Shown piece after piece: positions 20,253 through 32,078 of a DNA stretch of 64,000 bases. Position numbers and translations under genes: made by a program. This DNA comes from an uncultured Bacilli bacterium. GTDB taxonomy: Bacteria; Bacillota_I; Bacilli_A; RF39; UBA660. Where the stretch lies: contig CAJTUT010000003.1 of NCBI GenBank assembly GCA_910579455.1, forward strand, positions 11,358-75,357, given 5' to 3'. Within the stretch, counting starts at the first letter, position 1. Each line of letters opens with the position of its first letter. Below the pieces are notes generated by a model, which was not told the origin of the DNA, ran no database searches, and was given only the letters and a program-made list of their open reading frames with translations.

Positions 20253-21524
20253 TTATAATTCTCCTATACAATATGGATACGAAATTTCCTTAATCTTTAC
20301 ATGATAAAATGTATTATTATTTAAACCCTTAGGTATTTTTATATGTAAGAAATTACTAGTATGTCCATAACTAAATCCATCTTTTTCTTGTTCTATTAAT
20401 ACCAAAACTTCCTGATTTAGAAAGCTCTGCATATATTTTATTTCTAACTTTTTAGATAATTCTAACAAAGTTTTGGTACGTCTTTTCTTTTCTATTTCTA
20501 AAACGTGATTAGGCAAATTCTCTGCTTTTGTACCATTTCTTTTAGAGAACGGAAAAACATGAATTTTAGAAAAAGAAAATTTTCTACAACTCTCTAAAGT
20601 CTCTTCAAACATTTTACCTGTTTCACCAGGAAAACCTACAATTACATCGGTAGAGATAGATATATTTGGTCTTATCTTTCGAATCATCTGTATTTTATGA
20701 TAATAATATGATAAATCATACTTTCTTCCCATTGATTTTAATACCTCATCACTACCAGATTGCAAAGGAATATGCAAATGATCAACAATTACATCATAGT
20801 CTCTTAGTACATCTAGAATTTCGTCTGTTAATTCTGTAACTTCTATAGATGAAATTCTTATTCGTCTTACACCTGGAATCGTTGCAATTTCTTTAAGCAA
20901 ACTAGCTAAATTAGTATTCAAATCAACTCCATAATTTCCTGTATGAATCCCTGTCAATACGATCTCTTGATACCCATTATTTACTAAGGAGTACACTTCT
21001 TCCATAATCTTATCTTTATTCTTACTTCGACATTTACCACGAACAAAAGGAATAATACAATAACTACAAAAATTTTCACAGCCATCTTGAATTTTTACAA
21101 AAGCCCTTGTTCTACCAGGAAAATCGGTAATATACATATCCTCAAATGTATTAAATCTTTCTTGTAATAAAACCCTCATCATTTCCTTTTTTTGAAAATA
21201 TTCATCCAATATGGAAACAATCTTAGACTTATCCCTATTCCCAATCATAATATCCAAGCCATCTTCACAATAATCCTTATTTGCCTCTATAAAACATCCC
21301 ATAGCCACCACACAGGCATTAGGATTCCTTTTAATTGCACTTCGAATCATCTTTCGACTTTTAATATCAGAGGTATTAGTAACTGTACAGGTATTAATGA
21401 TATAGATATCACAAACATCACGAAAATCACCAATCGTATACCCGGCTTTTTTTAACGTATTAATAACATATTCGCTCTCATACATATTTACTTTACAACC
21501 CAAAGTTAAAATACCAACCTTCAT
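20253..21524 (-). CDS. mtaB: MiaB-family radical SAM methylthiotransferase, probably MtaB (tRNA t6A37 methylthiolation)
   Basis: N-terminal MTTase domain (ILTLGCKVNMYESE), a radical SAM CENFCSYC motif, and length 423 aa with a short C-terminal domain. Confidence 0.7.
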   Translation of the reverse strand: MKVGILTLGCKVNMYESEYVINTLKKAGYTIGDFRDVCDIYIINTCTVTNTSDIKSRKMIRSAIKRNPNACVVAMGCFIEANKDYCEDGLDIMIGNRDKSKIVSILDEYFQKKEMMRVLLQERFNTFEDMYITDFPGRTRAFVKIQDGCENFCSYCIIPFVRGKCRSKNKDKIMEEVYSLVNNGYQEIVLTGIHTGNYGVDLNTNLASLLKEIATIPGVRRIRISSIEVTELTDEILDVLRDYDVIVDHLHIPLQSGSDEVLKSMGRKYDLSYYYHKIQMIRKIRPNISISTDVIVGFPGETGKMFEETLESCRKFSFSKIHVFPFSKRNGTKAENLPNHVLEIEKKRRTKTLLELSKKLEIKYMQSFLNQEVLVLIEQEKDGFSYGHTSNFLHIKIPKGLNNNTFYHVKIKEISYPYCIGEL

Positions 21525-21802
21525 ACCACTACCTCTTCTCTTTTTGTTATTATATCATGGATAAATTATGAAGTAAATGAAGGAAAAATTAAAAACATAA
21601 TAATTTATATAAATTTCTGGCCTAATAAAATCGATTAAAATGGAACCTACTAATTCCATCATTCCCAAGAATTATTCTCTCTAGAAAGGGACCATATTAT
21701 TTTATAATTCTTTTCTCCGTAAACAGTTTATATCTATAAAAATCCATCCTCTAATGTAATTTACCAACAAAAAAATTCTACTTTCATAGAACTCTTTCGT
21801 TA

Positions 21803-22900
21803 CTATTCTAAATTTTTCTGTAATTCTCTGAGTGTAGCCAAAAACTGATTCGTTTTCTTAATTTCTTCATCTAACTTATCATAATTTGCAGTATTCTCTA
21901 ATTCTAAATTACGATCATTTTTACTATCCTCTATCCCAAATATCGGAGAAATAATAGGACTACTTTTAAACACGATATCTTCTCGATACACTTTAGGAGT
22001 ATTATCTATTGTATTTAAATCATCCAATTTAACAGTAGGGACATTTTCCTCAATAGCTTGTGTCGTTCCTATAGGTACAGCTGCGATATCAACATCTGTG
22101 TTTAATTCTTCAATTTCCATCTTCACAGCTTGCATCCTTTGTTCCAAATCCTCTAAACTAATTGGCTCATTTCCTTCATCCTGATATTGTGTTACCTCAT
22201 TTTGCTCATATAAAACTGCACTTTTTTGCATTAATTCATCTAAACTAATAATTGCATTTTCTTCTTGTTCTTCTTCGAACTTAGTTAAGTCAAGCTTCTC
22301 TTCACCATCAATTTTTTCCTGATTAATTAAATTTTCCGTCGCCTTTCTAAGTTCCTCTTTCGCCTCTTCCTGATTAGGTTCAGGATCCACATATTGTAAT
22401 TGCTCTACTTCCTCTTTTACTTCATTGTAAATAGATTCAATGCTGTCCTTCTCTTCCTCTATCGAAAGAATTTTCTCTTCTTTCAAAAGTTCGGTTTGTT
22501 CTACTGCAGGCTCCGTTTTTACCTTTAAAGCTGTCTCTTCATTAAATTCTTCAATTGGAATAACCAATGGAAGTTTATCTTTCTTATCCTCTTCCATTTT
22601 TTGTATCATTACATCCAATACTTCAACTGAATGATGATCTTCATCCTCTCCCTTAGAAACAGGGACTACTTCTACTGAATTTGTAATAGGAATAACCTCC
22701 TTTTCCTCTGCTATATTATCTTGTTCTCTTTCTACTATTTTATGAATTTGTTTAGTATTATTCTTACGTTTTCTCTTATAATAATTTTTCTCAATCAAGA
22801 AAACGATTAAGGCTAGAATCGATGCCGTAAAAATAATTAAACCTACAATTATCATTTCCTCAGATGTTATAAATTCAAATAATTCATTCACTGTGTTCAC
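21803..22900 (-). CDS. membrane-anchored, highly acidic Glu-rich coiled-coil protein of unknown function
   Basis: A single N-terminal TM helix (IVGLIIFTASILALIVFLI) followed by about 320 aa rich in E/K/D/Q. Confidence 0.35.
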   Translation of the reverse strand: MNTVNELFEFITSEEMIIVGLIIFTASILALIVFLIEKNYYKRKRKNNTKQIHKIVEREQDNIAEEKEVIPITNSVEVVPVSKGEDEDHHSVEVLDVMIQKMEEDKKDKLPLVIPIEEFNEETALKVKTEPAVEQTELLKEEKILSIEEEKDSIESIYNEVKEEVEQLQYVDPEPNQEEAKEELRKATENLINQEKIDGEEKLDLTKFEEEQEENAIISLDELMQKSAVLYEQNEVTQYQDEGNEPISLEDLEQRMQAVKMEIEELNTDVDIAAVPIGTTQAIEENVPTVKLDDLNTIDNTPKVYREDIVFKSSPIISPIFGIEDSKNDRNLELENTANYDKLDEEIKKTNQFLATLRELQKNLE

Positions 22901-23094
22901 CTCTACTCTAACAGTTTAACATATCTTTAATAAGAACAGACTCTATTTACATTATTTTTCCGATTTATTTACAATATTTTTACATATGTAAATTTGACAA
23001 TATCTTGACATTCTATAAATATATATCTGATATCATCATATCATAAAAACCGACTTTTGAGTATATTTTTTTATTATTTTTCATAATTTTTATT

Positions 23095-24387
23095 ATGAAA
23101 GAAAAATTTATATTATCAACAATTGTCCTTTTAGTTGGCGGATTTCTAACCAAAATATTAGGAATGATAATTAAGATCGTTATGACCAGGTTAATGGGAA
23201 CAGAGGGTATTGGTCTTTATATGATGATTTTACCTACATTTTCTCTATTTATAGCTCTTGCACAAGCAGGATTTCCTATTGCCATTTCAAAACTAGTAGC
23301 AGAAAATAATAAAAACAATAAGCGATTAGTTTTCTCTCTAATCCCCTTATCTCTTATAATAAATGTGGTTCTAATGATTATTATTATCATTATAGCACCC
23401 TATCTTTCTACAAATTTACTACATGATAAAAGATGCTTATATGGAATAATTGCTATTAGTCTAGTTATTCCCCTTACTACTTTATCTAGTATTTGTAGGA
23501 GCTATTTCTTTGGAAAGGAAAAAATGTTCCCACATGTGATCAGTAATCTGTCAGAAGATATAGTACGATTAATTTTAATTATAATAGGAGTACCTTTTCT
23601 TTTAAAAAAAGGATTAGAATATGCTGTATGTTATGTGATCTTAACGAATATTGTTAGTGAACTAACTTCTATTTTAATTTTGGTTTTCTTTATTCCCAAA
23701 AATGCAAAAATTACAAAACAGGATATAATTCCTAGCAAATTATATATAAAAGATTCTTTAAGTATTTCTATTCCAAATACAGCAGCCAGACTCATTGGAT
23801 CAATTGGCTACTTTCTAGAACCTATTATTCTTACCTCATCCTTGTTATACGTTGGATATAGCAATCAGTTTATCATAACCCAGTATGGAATCATTTCAGG
23901 TTATGTTCTTCCTATTTTATTATTACCATCATTCTTCACCTTAGCAATATCTCAATCTCTCCTGCCAGTTGTATCCAATTTATATTCCAAACATGATATC
24001 ACAGGAACAAAAAGAAAAATAAAACAAGGAATCTTCTTTTCCTTGCTAATCGGTATACCCGCTACTACATTACTTATTATCTTTCCAGAAATATTCTTAA
24101 AACTTATTTATCATACTACAGAAGGGATAAATTATATTAAAGTTTTGGCTCCGTTTTGTCTACTCCAGTATATACAATCCCCATTATCATTTAGCCTAGA
24201 TGCTATGGGAAAGAGTTCTGATAATATGAAAGCAACCCTTTATGGCACCATTGTTAGAACTAGCTTATTATTCCTACTTTCATTTTTAAAAATAGGCATT
24301 TGGTCTTTAATTATTTCCACTAGTATCAATATTTTGATTATTACTTTTTATAATGCATATAAAGTCAAAAAATATTTAAAATATTAA
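23095..24387 (+). CDS. MOP-superfamily polysaccharide/lipid-II flippase (SpoVB/MurJ-like)
   Basis: About 12 predicted TM helices, and an N-terminal LTKILGMIIKIVMTRLMGTEGIGLY block typical of SpoVB/MurJ. Confidence 0.55.
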   Translation: MKEKFILSTIVLLVGGFLTKILGMIIKIVMTRLMGTEGIGLYMMILPTFSLFIALAQAGFPIAISKLVAENNKNNKRLVFSLIPLSLIINVVLMIIIIIIAPYLSTNLLHDKRCLYGIIAISLVIPLTTLSSICRSYFFGKEKMFPHVISNLSEDIVRLILIIIGVPFLLKKGLEYAVCYVILTNIVSELTSILILVFFIPKNAKITKQDIIPSKLYIKDSLSISIPNTAARLIGSIGYFLEPIILTSSLLYVGYSNQFIITQYGIISGYVLPILLLPSFFTLAISQSLLPVVSNLYSKHDITGTKRKIKQGIFFSLLIGIPATTLLIIFPEIFLKLIYHTTEGINYIKVLAPFCLLQYIQSPLSFSLDAMGKSSDNMKATLYGTIVRTSLLFLLSFLKIGIWSLIISTSINILIITFYNAYKVKKYLKY

Positions 24388-24404
24388 TAATAAGAAGAAC
24401 TTGG

Positions 24405-24920
24405 TTAAGGAGAAGTATTCTTAGGATTGTCATACCTATCTTTATAGTGACAAGCCCCAGTACAGCGGCACGTACTAGTAGCAACACTAGATTTAATCTT
24501 AGAAGTAGCGTTATCTTCAAATAAATCGGAGTTGCTAGTCTCCCCCAATCCCATAAAACTACCATTCTTATTTTCTATCAATTGAACCTTATATTTTAAC
24601 TCACCATTACTATTTGAAACATAAACATAAGACCTAGTTCGGTCATACTTTCCTCCATTCGGTGGCTCATCAAGCTCTTTAGATAAATCTAAATATTCCA
24701 TATAAAAACATACTGACTTGCCTGCAGATGGCTTTACACTAGGCTCTGAGTTTATTTTATACTCTGCCAAAGTCACTAATTTCTTAGCATCCTCTATATA
24801 GGTTTTATTCTTGTTATTCTGTACAACGCCAATAACATTAGGAATTGCAAGCAACATTAAAACTGCCAAAACGGCCATAGTAGCTAAAAGCTCCACCAGA
24901 GTAAATCCTCTATCATCCAT
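24405..24920 (-). CDS. prepilin-type N-terminal cleavage/methylation-domain protein (ComGC/type IV pilin-like)
   Basis: MDDRG|FTLVELLATMAVLAVLMLLAIP with a canonical Phe+1 and Glu+5. Confidence 0.6.
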   Translation of the reverse strand: MDDRGFTLVELLATMAVLAVLMLLAIPNVIGVVQNNKNKTYIEDAKKLVTLAEYKINSEPSVKPSAGKSVCFYMEYLDLSKELDEPPNGGKYDRTRSYVYVSNSNGELKYKVQLIENKNGSFMGLGETSNSDLFEDNATSKIKSSVATSTCRCTGACHYKDRYDNPKNTSP

Positions 24921-24952
24921 ATTATCACCTTATTTTATTATAACATATTTTT

Positions 24953-26149
24953 CTAGTGTTTCATGATTTTTTTTAGGTTTTTAACCTCCTTCATCGTATT
25001 TTCTGTTTGATTGGTAAGATTGAAGATAGAATCATATCTAAAAATAGCAAATCCGTCATAATTATCATGATTTCTACTTACTAGTATTTGTCGCATAATC
25101 ATATTATTATTTTCTATCCACTCATTAGATCCACTCTTCGCATAAGGATCTACTATTCCTGTTTTATAAAAAGCTAATGCTGGTATTAATACTACATTAC
25201 TATTTTTTACTAAATCATTCCACTTTCTAATTACTTCGTAAAAGGGTTGCGATTCATTATAGAATCCATAATAAATTTGTGGCATTAAATAATCTACATA
25301 TAAATCACTACCTCCCCATGTATATACATCAGCAAAATTTGAAGAGTAATTATTATCAATATTACCCTCTGGGGAAATTCCGAATAAAATATGATTTCTC
25401 TTTGTAATCTGATGAACTTCTTTGATTAAATTATTGACCATTAATAGATGATAATTTTCTAATGATATATGATCATGATCCTTTAAATATTCCTGATAAT
25501 TATCTAAATCAATATTACAATCAGGATAAAAATAATCATCAAAGTGAATACCATCAATAGCATAATTACTAACTAACTCTTCCACTCCATCAAGAATAAG
25601 TTTTTGTACCTCCAAACTAGCAGGATTATAATAAATCCCCTTTTCACATATTTTAACATGATTTGTATTTAACCAATAATAAGCCTTGTTATTTTTACTA
25701 ATGGTAGATGGCTCTGCCGTATTTCTAATCCGGTAGGGATTAATCCAGGCATGAACCTCAACCCCTTTTTCATGAGCTTTTTTTATAAAATATTTTAAAA
25801 TATCAAATCCTGGACTTACTCCCTCTTCATTAGATACTACACTACTCCATGGAAAATATTTTGATTCATATATTGCATCAGAAAAACTCCTCACCTGAAG
25901 AATTAACATATTAAAATTAAAATCAGATAAATTTTCTATAATCTTATCAATATTTTTCTTACTCTCATCAATACTTTTTCCTTTAATATAATTCTGTAAT
26001 TCAATATAACTAAAAAAAATTGCTCTCTTTTCCTCTCTTTCCTCTTTTTTATTTCTATTTGCATTATTTTTAGGAAAAATAAGAAAAGAAACTACTAGAA
26101 TAAAAAAAAATACAATAATAAAAAATATGTGTTTTTTCATAGGAATCAC
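24953..26149 (-). CDS. glycoside-hydrolase-like family 10 (GHL10/DUF187, YngK-like) lipoprotein or secreted protein
   Basis: N-terminal signal/TM segment, and a FDILKYFIKKAHEKGVEVHAWINPYR TIM-barrel block typical of GHL10. Confidence 0.5.
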   Translation of the reverse strand: MIPMKKHIFFIIVFFFILVVSFLIFPKNNANRNKKEEREEKRAIFFSYIELQNYIKGKSIDESKKNIDKIIENLSDFNFNMLILQVRSFSDAIYESKYFPWSSVVSNEEGVSPGFDILKYFIKKAHEKGVEVHAWINPYRIRNTAEPSTISKNNKAYYWLNTNHVKICEKGIYYNPASLEVQKLILDGVEELVSNYAIDGIHFDDYFYPDCNIDLDNYQEYLKDHDHISLENYHLLMVNNLIKEVHQITKRNHILFGISPEGNIDNNYSSNFADVYTWGGSDLYVDYLMPQIYYGFYNESQPFYEVIRKWNDLVKNSNVVLIPALAFYKTGIVDPYAKSGSNEWIENNNMIMRQILVSRNHDNYDGFAIFRYDSIFNLTNQTENTMKEVKNLKKIMKH

Positions 26150-26188
26150 CTAATAGAATATATACCATACTTTATTTAAAAAAAATGT

Positions 26189-26830
26189 CTATTTAGATAC
26201 GTTTTCATTCTTTATAATAAATAAATCATGATTCTTATAAAAAGCATAAAATACCTTATCTATCTTTGTTTGATTCTCATCTAAAGATTTTATCAACCAT
26301 TTTTTATTTTTTCCAATTTGAATTAAAGTTTCTTCCTGCACCTCCCCATCTAGTATGACAGGAAGGGGATAATCTCTATTATCGTTTTTTACAAAAACAG
26401 AGAGTTTCCCACTTGTTTCTAATATTGCATAATCAACTTCTTCGATACTCTTAATACTTTTTTCTCTAAGTTGTGTTAATAAATCATCTAAATTATATCG
26501 TTGCTTTAACATTTCCTCAAAATTAACCTTTCCCCGGTTTATAATCACAGAAGGTTCACCTTCAATCTTTTCTCTGGTCTTAGGACTTTTTAGAGAGACT
26601 TTAGCAACTATAATTTGAACAATTACCAAAGAAAGAATGGGAACAATGGTAATTAACAAATTAGATTTATACTTATCAATTGCCATAGCAGCAAGCTCTG
26701 CGATTAAAATGGACACAATTAAATCCATAATAGACAACTCTCCAACTTCTCTTTTCCCCATAAAACGATAAACCACTGTAATAATTAAATAAAATAATAA
26801 AGTTCTACCCAAAACGATCAAGACTTCCAT
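26189..26830 (-). CDS. DUF421 (YetF/YdfR-like) membrane protein
   Basis: MEVLIVLGRTLLFYLIITVVYRFMGKREVGELSIMDLIVSILIAELAA, matching the conserved DUF421 N-terminus. Confidence 0.65.
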   Translation of the reverse strand: MEVLIVLGRTLLFYLIITVVYRFMGKREVGELSIMDLIVSILIAELAAMAIDKYKSNLLITIVPILSLVIVQIIVAKVSLKSPKTREKIEGEPSVIINRGKVNFEEMLKQRYNLDDLLTQLREKSIKSIEEVDYAILETSGKLSVFVKNDNRDYPLPVILDGEVQEETLIQIGKNKKWLIKSLDENQTKIDKVFYAFYKNHDLFIIKNENVSK

Positions 26831-26906
26831 ATCTTCACCTCTTTATTATTATGATATTTGGTATATTATTTTATTCACTTTCATAAATTTTATTGGAGGT
26901 TAATCA

Positions 26907-27271
26907 TGAAAAAATTACAAACCTATATAAAAAATATCGCTATATCCCTTATTTTTATCTTTCTTTCTCTACTACTACTTTCTACTCTTTACTATTTTGA
27001 TATTTTAAGTACTAATATTGTAAATTATCTAAGACCGTTAATCATTCTACTTAATATTTTCATTAGTAGCTATTTAATAGGAAAAAAAGCAGATAAAAAC
27101 GGATATTTGGAAGGTCTAAAATATGGAGGAATTGTTCTAGCGGTTTTCTTTCTCATCGCTCTATTCTTCTTTCATAATTTCTTTAGAATCAGATTTATTC
27201 TATATGATATTATTCTATTAATGACTTCTGTTTTTGGGAGTATGTTAGGAATTAACAAAAGAAAAAACTAA
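26907..27271 (+). CDS. small integral membrane protein
   Basis: Three or four TM helices. Start moved to ATG 26907, behind a GGAGG RBS. Confidence 0.3.
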
Positions 27272-27346
27272 AAGATTGTACTGCATATTAGTACAATCTT
27301 TTTCACTTTTTAAAATTTCAACTTACCTGAATTAAACCAACTTTTT

Positions 27347-28345
27347 CTACTTTTTATTAAGGGACTTTATTTTCGCATCATAAATTCCATTTACATACTC
27401 ATTCTCAGGAATTTGATAAATTTTTCCATCCTCTACTGTAAACTTTGCATACATACCTCGTTTAATAATTTCTGTAAACTTCTTTAAATTGCTATTTAAT
27501 TCCTCATCATAAGACGCCTTAGCATCTTTAGAAACCTTACTACCATCTAGTTTTTTACTCTCAGATACTACATAAACCATTTGAGCCAGTTTATTTTCAT
27601 AGTACTCATCATAAAAAGCACCAAGAGTTTCATCTAAAGAGGATACTTCTAAATCGTAATAATACTCACTTTTTTTATCATGATCTGTATATTTTATTTT
27701 TACATATTTTTCAAATTGATGAAAGTTTTCTGGATTCTCCAAGATACTAAAATTTTTATACTCATTCATATCGAGTGAAAAAGCATCTACAAGTTTGGCT
27801 TTACTAACTAAAGAAGCCATCTTTATTGTAGTTGAATATCCATAATCATATAACCAACTATTGATTTCAACCTCACTATTTTTCAATTTCTTTACAATAC
27901 AATTGTATTCCTCATCTGTAGGAGCTAGATGTTCTAATTTTCCAATATTTCTTTCCCAAGCCTCCAATTTATCAACTCGAGTAGACAAATCTAAGGACTC
28001 TAAATTTTCATCAGATTCTATCTCCTTAAAATTATCAAAATTTAGAGTATGTAGTTTTTCTGACAAGACTAAATACTTTTCTAAAACAAACATCTCTGTA
28101 GTTATATCTTTATTCTCTTTTTCCTCAAGAATCTCATCTAGCAAAGTACTATCTTTCGTATCATCTAAAATAGACGAAAATAAAACGGAAGCTTCATGCT
28201 CTTTTTCTCCACAACTAGTTAAAAATAAACTAGAAGCTGAAATTCCAAGTGCTAATGCAATTGCTCTTATATACTTACTTTTCAATATTTCTCTTACCTC
28301 CTTATAATCTCCTAAACTCTTTTTCTTTTGTAATATAATAATCAC
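27347..28345 (-). CDS. putative lipoprotein of unknown function
   Basis: Lipobox LFLTSC after a hydrophobic stretch, followed by a largely polar mature protein. Confidence 0.4.
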   Translation of the reverse strand: MIIILQKKKSLGDYKEVREILKSKYIRAIALALGISASSLFLTSCGEKEHEASVLFSSILDDTKDSTLLDEILEEKENKDITTEMFVLEKYLVLSEKLHTLNFDNFKEIESDENLESLDLSTRVDKLEAWERNIGKLEHLAPTDEEYNCIVKKLKNSEVEINSWLYDYGYSTTIKMASLVSKAKLVDAFSLDMNEYKNFSILENPENFHQFEKYVKIKYTDHDKKSEYYYDLEVSSLDETLGAFYDEYYENKLAQMVYVVSESKKLDGSKVSKDAKASYDEELNSNLKKFTEIIKRGMYAKFTVEDGKIYQIPENEYVNGIYDAKIKSLNKK

Positions 28346-28490
28346 CTCCCTAATGGAGCCTATTATAACATATTAGCCTAAGTGAATCTAATCATTTTTT
28401 AAAAATACCGAAATTTGAGACAAGACCGCACTACCTATTAGTGGCAATTTTTTATACTATGACAGATTTTACAAATAGAGAGATAACATT

Positions 28491-29159
28491 CTATTGTTCT
28501 AATTCCTTTTCTAATGTTTTAATTTCCATTTTTATAATATGCCTTTTCCACCTATAATTTTTAGGTAATAGATTCATTATAATCTTTCTAGAAATTAATT
28601 CTTTTTTATAATATTCCTGAAATAGTGAATCTTTATTTTCTAATAAAATAGGTCCAAAAAAATAATCTTTTTTCCGATATTTCCTTTTACCTCTTTTAAA
28701 TTTTATAATTTGATAGATTACTTTTCCATCTTTTACTAATACTTCCTCTTCTATTGTAAATCCGATTTTTGAAAAAAATCTTCGCACATCTTCCTGATAA
28801 TTATTAGGAGATAAAATAATCGTTTTTATCTTTTTAACAACTGCTAATTGATATTTAAAAATGCCAATAATAGTTCTACCACCCATACCGGATACGACTA
28901 CAGTATCAATATCATTTGTGTAACATTCTAATCCATCACCTAGTCTTAATTCGATTTGATCTTCCATATGATGATCTATTATGTTAGCTCTAGCGGAGTT
29001 TAGAGGTCCTTCTGAAATATCAGATGCAATAGCCCTTTTGACCTTATTTTCTTTGACCAAGTAAATATCTAGAAGTGCGTGATCACAACCGATGTCTAAA
29101 ATAAGGGAATTAGCATCAACTAAATCCCCCACCTTTTTTAATCTATTATTAATTCTCAT
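28491..29159 (-). CDS. trmK: tRNA (adenine22-N1)-methyltransferase TrmK (YqfN family)
   Basis: LILDIGCDHALLDIYLV SAM-binding fold. It is immediately downstream of sigA, as in Bacillus dnaG-sigA-yqfN. Confidence 0.75.
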   Translation of the reverse strand: MRINNRLKKVGDLVDANSLILDIGCDHALLDIYLVKENKVKRAIASDISEGPLNSARANIIDHHMEDQIELRLGDGLECYTNDIDTVVVSGMGGRTIIGIFKYQLAVVKKIKTIILSPNNYQEDVRRFFSKIGFTIEEEVLVKDGKVIYQIIKFKRGKRKYRKKDYFFGPILLENKDSLFQEYYKKELISRKIIMNLLPKNYRWKRHIIKMEIKTLEKELEQ

Positions 29160-30250
29160 TAGTCCGTTAGGAAATCCTTCAACTTTCTACTACGTGATGG
29201 GTGTCTTAACTTTCTAAGGGCCTTTGCTTCTATTTGACGAATTCTCTCACGAGTTACACCAAAAATTTGACCAACTTCTTCTAAAGTTCTACATTGACCA
29301 TCATCAAGGCCAAATCTAAGTCTTAAAACCTTCTCTTCTCTATCAGTTAAAGTAAGAAGTACTCCCGCTAACTCTTCTTTTAACATTTCTACTGTAGTAT
29401 ACTCCTCTGGTCCCATTGCTCTTTCATCAGGAACAAAGTCCCCTAAATGGGAATCTTCTTCCTCACCAATAGGAGTCTCCAAAGATACTGGATCCTGGCT
29501 AATTTTATAAACTTCTCTTACCTTTTCTATTGTAATCCCTAATTTTTCAGCAATTTCTTCATCCGTCGGTTCACGATTTAGTTCCTGAGTAAGTTGTCTT
29601 TGAACACGAGCCAATTTATTAATCGTTTCTACCATATGCACAGGAACTCGAATTGTTCTTGCCTGATCTGCAATAGCACGAGTAATAGCCTGTCTAATCC
29701 ACCATGTTGCATAAGTTGAAAATTTATATCCCTTAGTAGGATCAAATTTATCAACTGCCTTCATTAAACCAATATTCCCTTCCTGAATCAAATCCAAGAA
29801 TAACATTCCACGACCAACATATCTTTTCGCAATACTAACTACTAAACGTAAGTTAGATTCTGCTAACAATCTTTTAGCTTCCTCGTCTCCTTCTTCAGCA
29901 CGCTTGGCATATTCAAATTCCTCATCAGAAGTAAGTAAATTAATACGACCAATTTCTTTTAAATACATCCTAACAGGATCATTAATTTTAATATCCTTAG
30001 ACATCGTTAATTCTTCAACTTTAAGGTTATCTGTAATCTCTTCTCCACTTACATCATCAGAACCATCTTCCGCTACAATATCAATATCCTCATCTGTTAA
30101 AGCATTATATAATTCATCTAAAGAATCACTATCTACCTCTAATCCTTTTAATTCACTAGCTAACTGTTCATAAGTAATATAACCCTGTTTTTTTCCTAAG
30201 GTAATTAATTTTTCTTTTCGCTCCTCTAGTGTTTTAATTTCTCCAACCAT
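29159..30250 (-). CDS. sigA: primary RNA polymerase sigma factor SigA (RpoD)
   Basis: Region 2.4 [28 protein letters not shown] and region 4 HTH. I chose the start [10 protein letters not shown] behind an AGGAGA RBS. Confidence 0.95.
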   Translation of the reverse strand: MVGEIKTLEERKEKLITLGKKQGYITYEQLASELKGLEVDSDSLDELYNALTDEDIDIVAEDGSDDVSGEEITDNLKVEELTMSKDIKINDPVRMYLKEIGRINLLTSDEEFEYAKRAEEGDEEAKRLLAESNLRLVVSIAKRYVGRGMLFLDLIQEGNIGLMKAVDKFDPTKGYKFSTYATWWIRQAITRAIADQARTIRVPVHMVETINKLARVQRQLTQELNREPTDEEIAEKLGITIEKVREVYKISQDPVSLETPIGEEEDSHLGDFVPDERAMGPEEYTTVEMLKEELAGVLLTLTDREEKVLRLRFGLDDGQCRTLEEVGQIFGVTRERIRQIEAKALRKLRHPSRSRKLKDFLTD

Positions 30251-30252
30251 TC

Positions 30253-31980
30253 CTAAATTTCTCCTAACTTCAACTTTCTGATTTGTTCTACTATTTTTGC
30301 TTGTTCTAGGCAATCCGATTCTTTTTTCATCAATCTTTCCAACCTCTTTATTTCTTGGCTTTTACTATAATCCTTGATTACTTTAAAATAGGCAAATAAA
30401 TCATCTTTTGTAACATCCTCTAAAACATTACTTGAAACAATTTTTTCTAAATAGGAAAGTAAATCAGTCTTGTCTTGCAAATAAGTATAAAAATCAGCAA
30501 TCGTAATGTACCTATTTTTTCTATAAAAATAAATAATTTCATTTGTTAATATCCTAGTTTCATTATTTGGAAAAACAATTTTTTCCTGCTCCACTAAATT
30601 AATCACCCACGGATGATTTAACATATGAAAAATTACTTGTTCCATTGCCAATATATACTTATTACTCCTCTTTTTTTCTTTTTGCCTCACTTCTATCTTT
30701 GATGTTGGCTTAAGATTTTCCTTAATATCCCTAAACCTTTTTTCCAGTGTATTATATCCTATATTATAATCTTTTGCAAGTTTTTTTAGAATAATTTCTA
30801 CACGAATTTCATCTTCAATCTTAGTTGCTTCCAAAATCACACTATGAATATAAGAAGACAAATCTTCTTCACTATTGAAATTAATGTTTTCTTTTAAAGA
30901 AGCAATTTTATAATCACTATAAAAAACTGCACTTTCTATTAAATCTATAAATTTTTCTTTTCCATTTTTTAAAATATAACTATCAGGATCATCCTCATTT
31001 GGCAAAGTAATCACCCTAGGTTCAATACCGTCATTTACTAAATCTTGTCCTATTTTTAAGGCTGCGTGTCTTCCTGGTCCATCACCATCTAAACATAATA
31101 TTATATTTTGAGACAATCTTTTGATTAATCGAAGTTGCTCTTTTGTTAGTGCCGTTCCCATTAAAGCTACAGTATTTTTGATTCCTATGGAAAAGGCCCT
31201 AATAACATCCATAAATCCTTCCATAACAATAATACTTTTACTTATCCTAGCAAAATCAATAGCAGCATGATAATGATAAAGACAATCCCCCTTTTTAAAA
31301 ATGACAGTTTCTTTAGTGTTAATATATTTACTTTGATTAACATTCCTATATATTCTCCCTGAAAATCCTACAACCTTTCCATAGGAATCATGCAGAGGAA
31401 ACATAATTCTATCTATGTAAATATCTCTATCATCTATAGATAATCCTATCTGATTTAGTATTTTTAGTTCATACTTCTTAGTAGTTAATAAAGTAGTTAA
31501 ATCCTTCTTCCCTGATAGGGATAGGCCGATTTCAAATTCTTTTATAATCTCATCAGGAATTCCCCTATGATGTAGGTACTCTTTAGCTTCCTTTCCATAA
31601 GAGGATGCCAAATTATTTTGGTAATATTTAACAGAAAGACGATAAGCCTCATATAGCGAATCATACTTAGTAGTTGCCTGGTTTACCTTAACACCCGAAA
31701 CATGAATTCCCACCTTTTTTCCTAAGTCTTGCAAAACCTCTTTAAACTCTTTGTGTTCATAATTCATTAAAAAGGTATAAACATTTCCACTAGCTCCACA
31801 AGAAAAGCATTTATAAATCTGCTTCTCGCGAGATACACTCATCGATGGATTGGTATCATCATGAAAAGGACATACTCCAAAAAAATTCCTTCCCTTTGCT
31901 GTTAGAGGTATTCTCTCGCCTATGATATCAACAATATCAACTTTATTTCTAATTTCAGTTGTTAAATCATTTGGATTCAT
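30253..31980 (-). CDS. dnaG: DNA primase DnaG
   Basis: Zinc-ribbon [14 protein letters not shown]...CFSCGASG, and [13 protein letters not shown]...DGDGPG. Confidence 0.9.
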   Translation of the reverse strand: MNPNDLTTEIRNKVDIVDIIGERIPLTAKGRNFFGVCPFHDDTNPSMSVSREKQIYKCFSCGASGNVYTFLMNYEHKEFKEVLQDLGKKVGIHVSGVKVNQATTKYDSLYEAYRLSVKYYQNNLASSYGKEAKEYLHHRGIPDEIIKEFEIGLSLSGKKDLTTLLTTKKYELKILNQIGLSIDDRDIYIDRIMFPLHDSYGKVVGFSGRIYRNVNQSKYINTKETVIFKKGDCLYHYHAAIDFARISKSIIVMEGFMDVIRAFSIGIKNTVALMGTALTKEQLRLIKRLSQNIILCLDGDGPGRHAALKIGQDLVNDGIEPRVITLPNEDDPDSYILKNGKEKFIDLIESAVFYSDYKIASLKENINFNSEEDLSSYIHSVILEATKIEDEIRVEIILKKLAKDYNIGYNTLEKRFRDIKENLKPTSKIEVRQKEKKRSNKYILAMEQVIFHMLNHPWVINLVEQEKIVFPNNETRILTNEIIYFYRKNRYITIADFYTYLQDKTDLLSYLEKIVSSNVLEDVTKDDLFAYFKVIKDYSKSQEIKRLERLMKKESDCLEQAKIVEQIRKLKLGEI

Positions 31981-32078
31981 GATACCTCCTTTATAATCCC
32001 TTTTCTTATATCATAAAATCCCTGATATTTCAAGAATATTTCCTATCTTTTCATTTATAATAATAATGAGGTAAAAAT

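Noticed and set aside
30251-30313. sigA start overlapping dnaG by 60 nt
   Set aside because: The internal Met ([10 protein letters not shown]) has an AGGAGA RBS and removes the overlap. SigA region 1.1 does not require the extra 21 residues.
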